A stretch of 64,000 nt of DNA, taken from positions 6,747,534 to 6,811,533 of the forward strand of contig NC_083409.1 of the NCBI RefSeq assembly GCF_020745735.1. Reading direction: 5' to 3'. The position numbers and the translations under genes are program-made. Under the pieces are notes generated by a model. It searched no databases and was not told where the DNA came from. It was given only the letters and a program-made list of their open reading frames with translations. Of the stretch, positions 62,488 through 64,000 are shown piece by piece. Each line of letters starts with the position of its first letter. Positions within the stretch are counted from its first letter, which is position 1. The DNA is from Hemiscyllium ocellatum. Taxonomy: Eukaryota.

Positions 62488-62567
62488 TTTATAAAGCTGC
62501 ATCCTGTGAGAGTCTGACTGGGTGTTCCTCAGTATGTAAATGGCATCAGGCAGAGAGAGCCACGTCA
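62488..62567 (-). promoter_or_regulatory. Ig kappa V promoter, cluster 2
   Basis: On the minus strand: TGACGTG (62567-62561), ATTTACAT (62541-62534), GAGGAA, and TATAAA (62493-62488). Confidence 0.75.
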
Positions 62568-63639
62568 GCCCCTCACACTTCCTCTTCTCCCTCTCTCTCT
62601 CTCTCTCACTCTTTCTGTCTCAGAGTCATTGATGTGAACAGCACTGAATGAGGCCATTTGGCCCATTGTTGTCTGTGCTGGTAAACAAAGATCTGATGGC
62701 ACTAATCCCATCCTCCAGCTCTTGGCCCATTACCCTGGTGGCTACAGCAACACAAGGGAATATCTAAACACTGCTCCAATGTCAAGAGAGTTTGTGACTC
62801 AACCAGGCTTTCAGGCAGTGAGTTCCAGATTCCCACCACCCTCTGGGTGAAAACATTTCTTCTCAACTCTCCTCTCACTCTCCAACTCTCCAACTAACCT
62901 GGCCATGGACTCACTCGTGAGCACAACGATGAGAGGGGATCTGATTGAAACATATAAAATTGTAACAGGGCTGGGCAGGGAGGAGGTTTCCCCTGGTTGG
63001 GGAGTCTGGAACCAGGGGACACAGGCTCAGGTGGATACAGGGTAGTCCATTTCAGACTGAGACGAGGAAACATTTCTTCACTCAGAGGGTGATCAACCTG
63101 TGGAATTCTCTTCACTGAAGGCTGTGGAGGACAAGGAATGAATATATTCAAGAAAAAGAGAGAGATAATTGTTTTGCATTTTAACAGCTTGAAGAGAATG
63201 GGGAGAAGGCAGGAATATGGCTTTGAGAGAGAGGATCAGCCATAGATCATAGAATGCCTACAGTGTAGAAACAGGCCATTTGGCCGGACACGCCCCACAC
63301 CGACCCTCGAAGAAATAATGACATTCAAAAATTGATACAGCCATAATCATACTGAATGGCAGAGCTGACTCAACGGGCCGAATGGCCTACTGCTGCTCAA
63401 AGTTTCTACGTGTCCATGTCTGTGTTACCTTCAATCTCTGCACCAGGTTGTTAAGTCCTTTATTCATGTAAAAAGTGCCATCCTACCCACCTTATCACTG
63501 TCCTGAATAATCTTATCCCTCTCTATCAGGTCACTTTTAAGCCTTCACTGCTCAAAGCTCACATTCAGGCAGCAACCTGGGAAATCTCCCCTGTACCCTC
63601 TCAGGTACAATCACGTTCTTCCCTGAGTGTGGTGACCAG

Positions 63640-64000
63640 GCCATGTCCCTCTCTCCCTCTGACTCACATCTGCCATTTCTTTCTCTGTACCTCTATCTCT
63701 CTCTCCCACTGTTAATCTCTTTCATGTTCTCTCTCTCTCTCTCTCTCTCTCCCCCACACACACACACACAGTCGCATAGCCACTCTCTCCAACTCACTGA
63801 TGCTTTCTCACTCCATCTTATCATCTGTTTTTCCATCTCTCACTGTCTCTATTACTTGCTCCCTCTCTCACTTCAATTAAAAGCCTCCAATTGTTATCTG
63901 TCACTTTCTATTCCTCCCTCTTTCTCTCTCCTTCCCTCTCTAAATCCCAATTTGCAGTCTCTCTCCCTCTCTCTGTCATTATAAATCTGCCCATACTCAT
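63640..64000. repeat. CT-rich (GA-rich on cluster 2 sense strand) low-complexity tract with short (CT)n/(CA)n
   Basis: Imperfect CTCT repeats. They produce the spurious ORF 63643-63984. Confidence 0.8.

Overview
This is eukaryotic, repeat-rich genomic DNA from a cartilaginous fish. The Ig sequence and repeat families suggest a shark, possibly a carpet/bamboo-type shark, but the species is inference. The window holds two immunoglobulin kappa-type (nurse-shark NS4-like) light-chain clusters arranged tail-to-tail. Cluster 1 (+ strand) has a leader at 17128-17176, a V already fused in frame to J in the genomic DNA with no RSS at 17363-17692, and a C exon at 29245-29573. Cluster 2 (- strand) has a leader at 62427-62379, V at 62192-61896 with a 12-RSS, J at 61397-61363 with a 23-RSS, and C at 50390-50062. 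Almost everything else is decayed transposable element: many CR1 LINEs, L2 pieces, V-SINEs, one Gypsy gag-pol remnant, Penelope-like (PLE) RT and GIY-YIG remnants, minisatellites and GA-rich tracts. Nearly all ORFs in the supplied track are fragments of these. The most notable observations are: (1) the germline-joined VJ gene beside its unrearranged paralogue; (2) short palindromic PLE-related insertions carrying minimal hammerhead-ribozyme motifs, one with a 12-bp target-site duplication; and (3) non-coding blocks conserved between the clusters, including an 84-bp perfectly identical element downstream of both C exons. All alignments were done by eye and TE boundaries are approximate.
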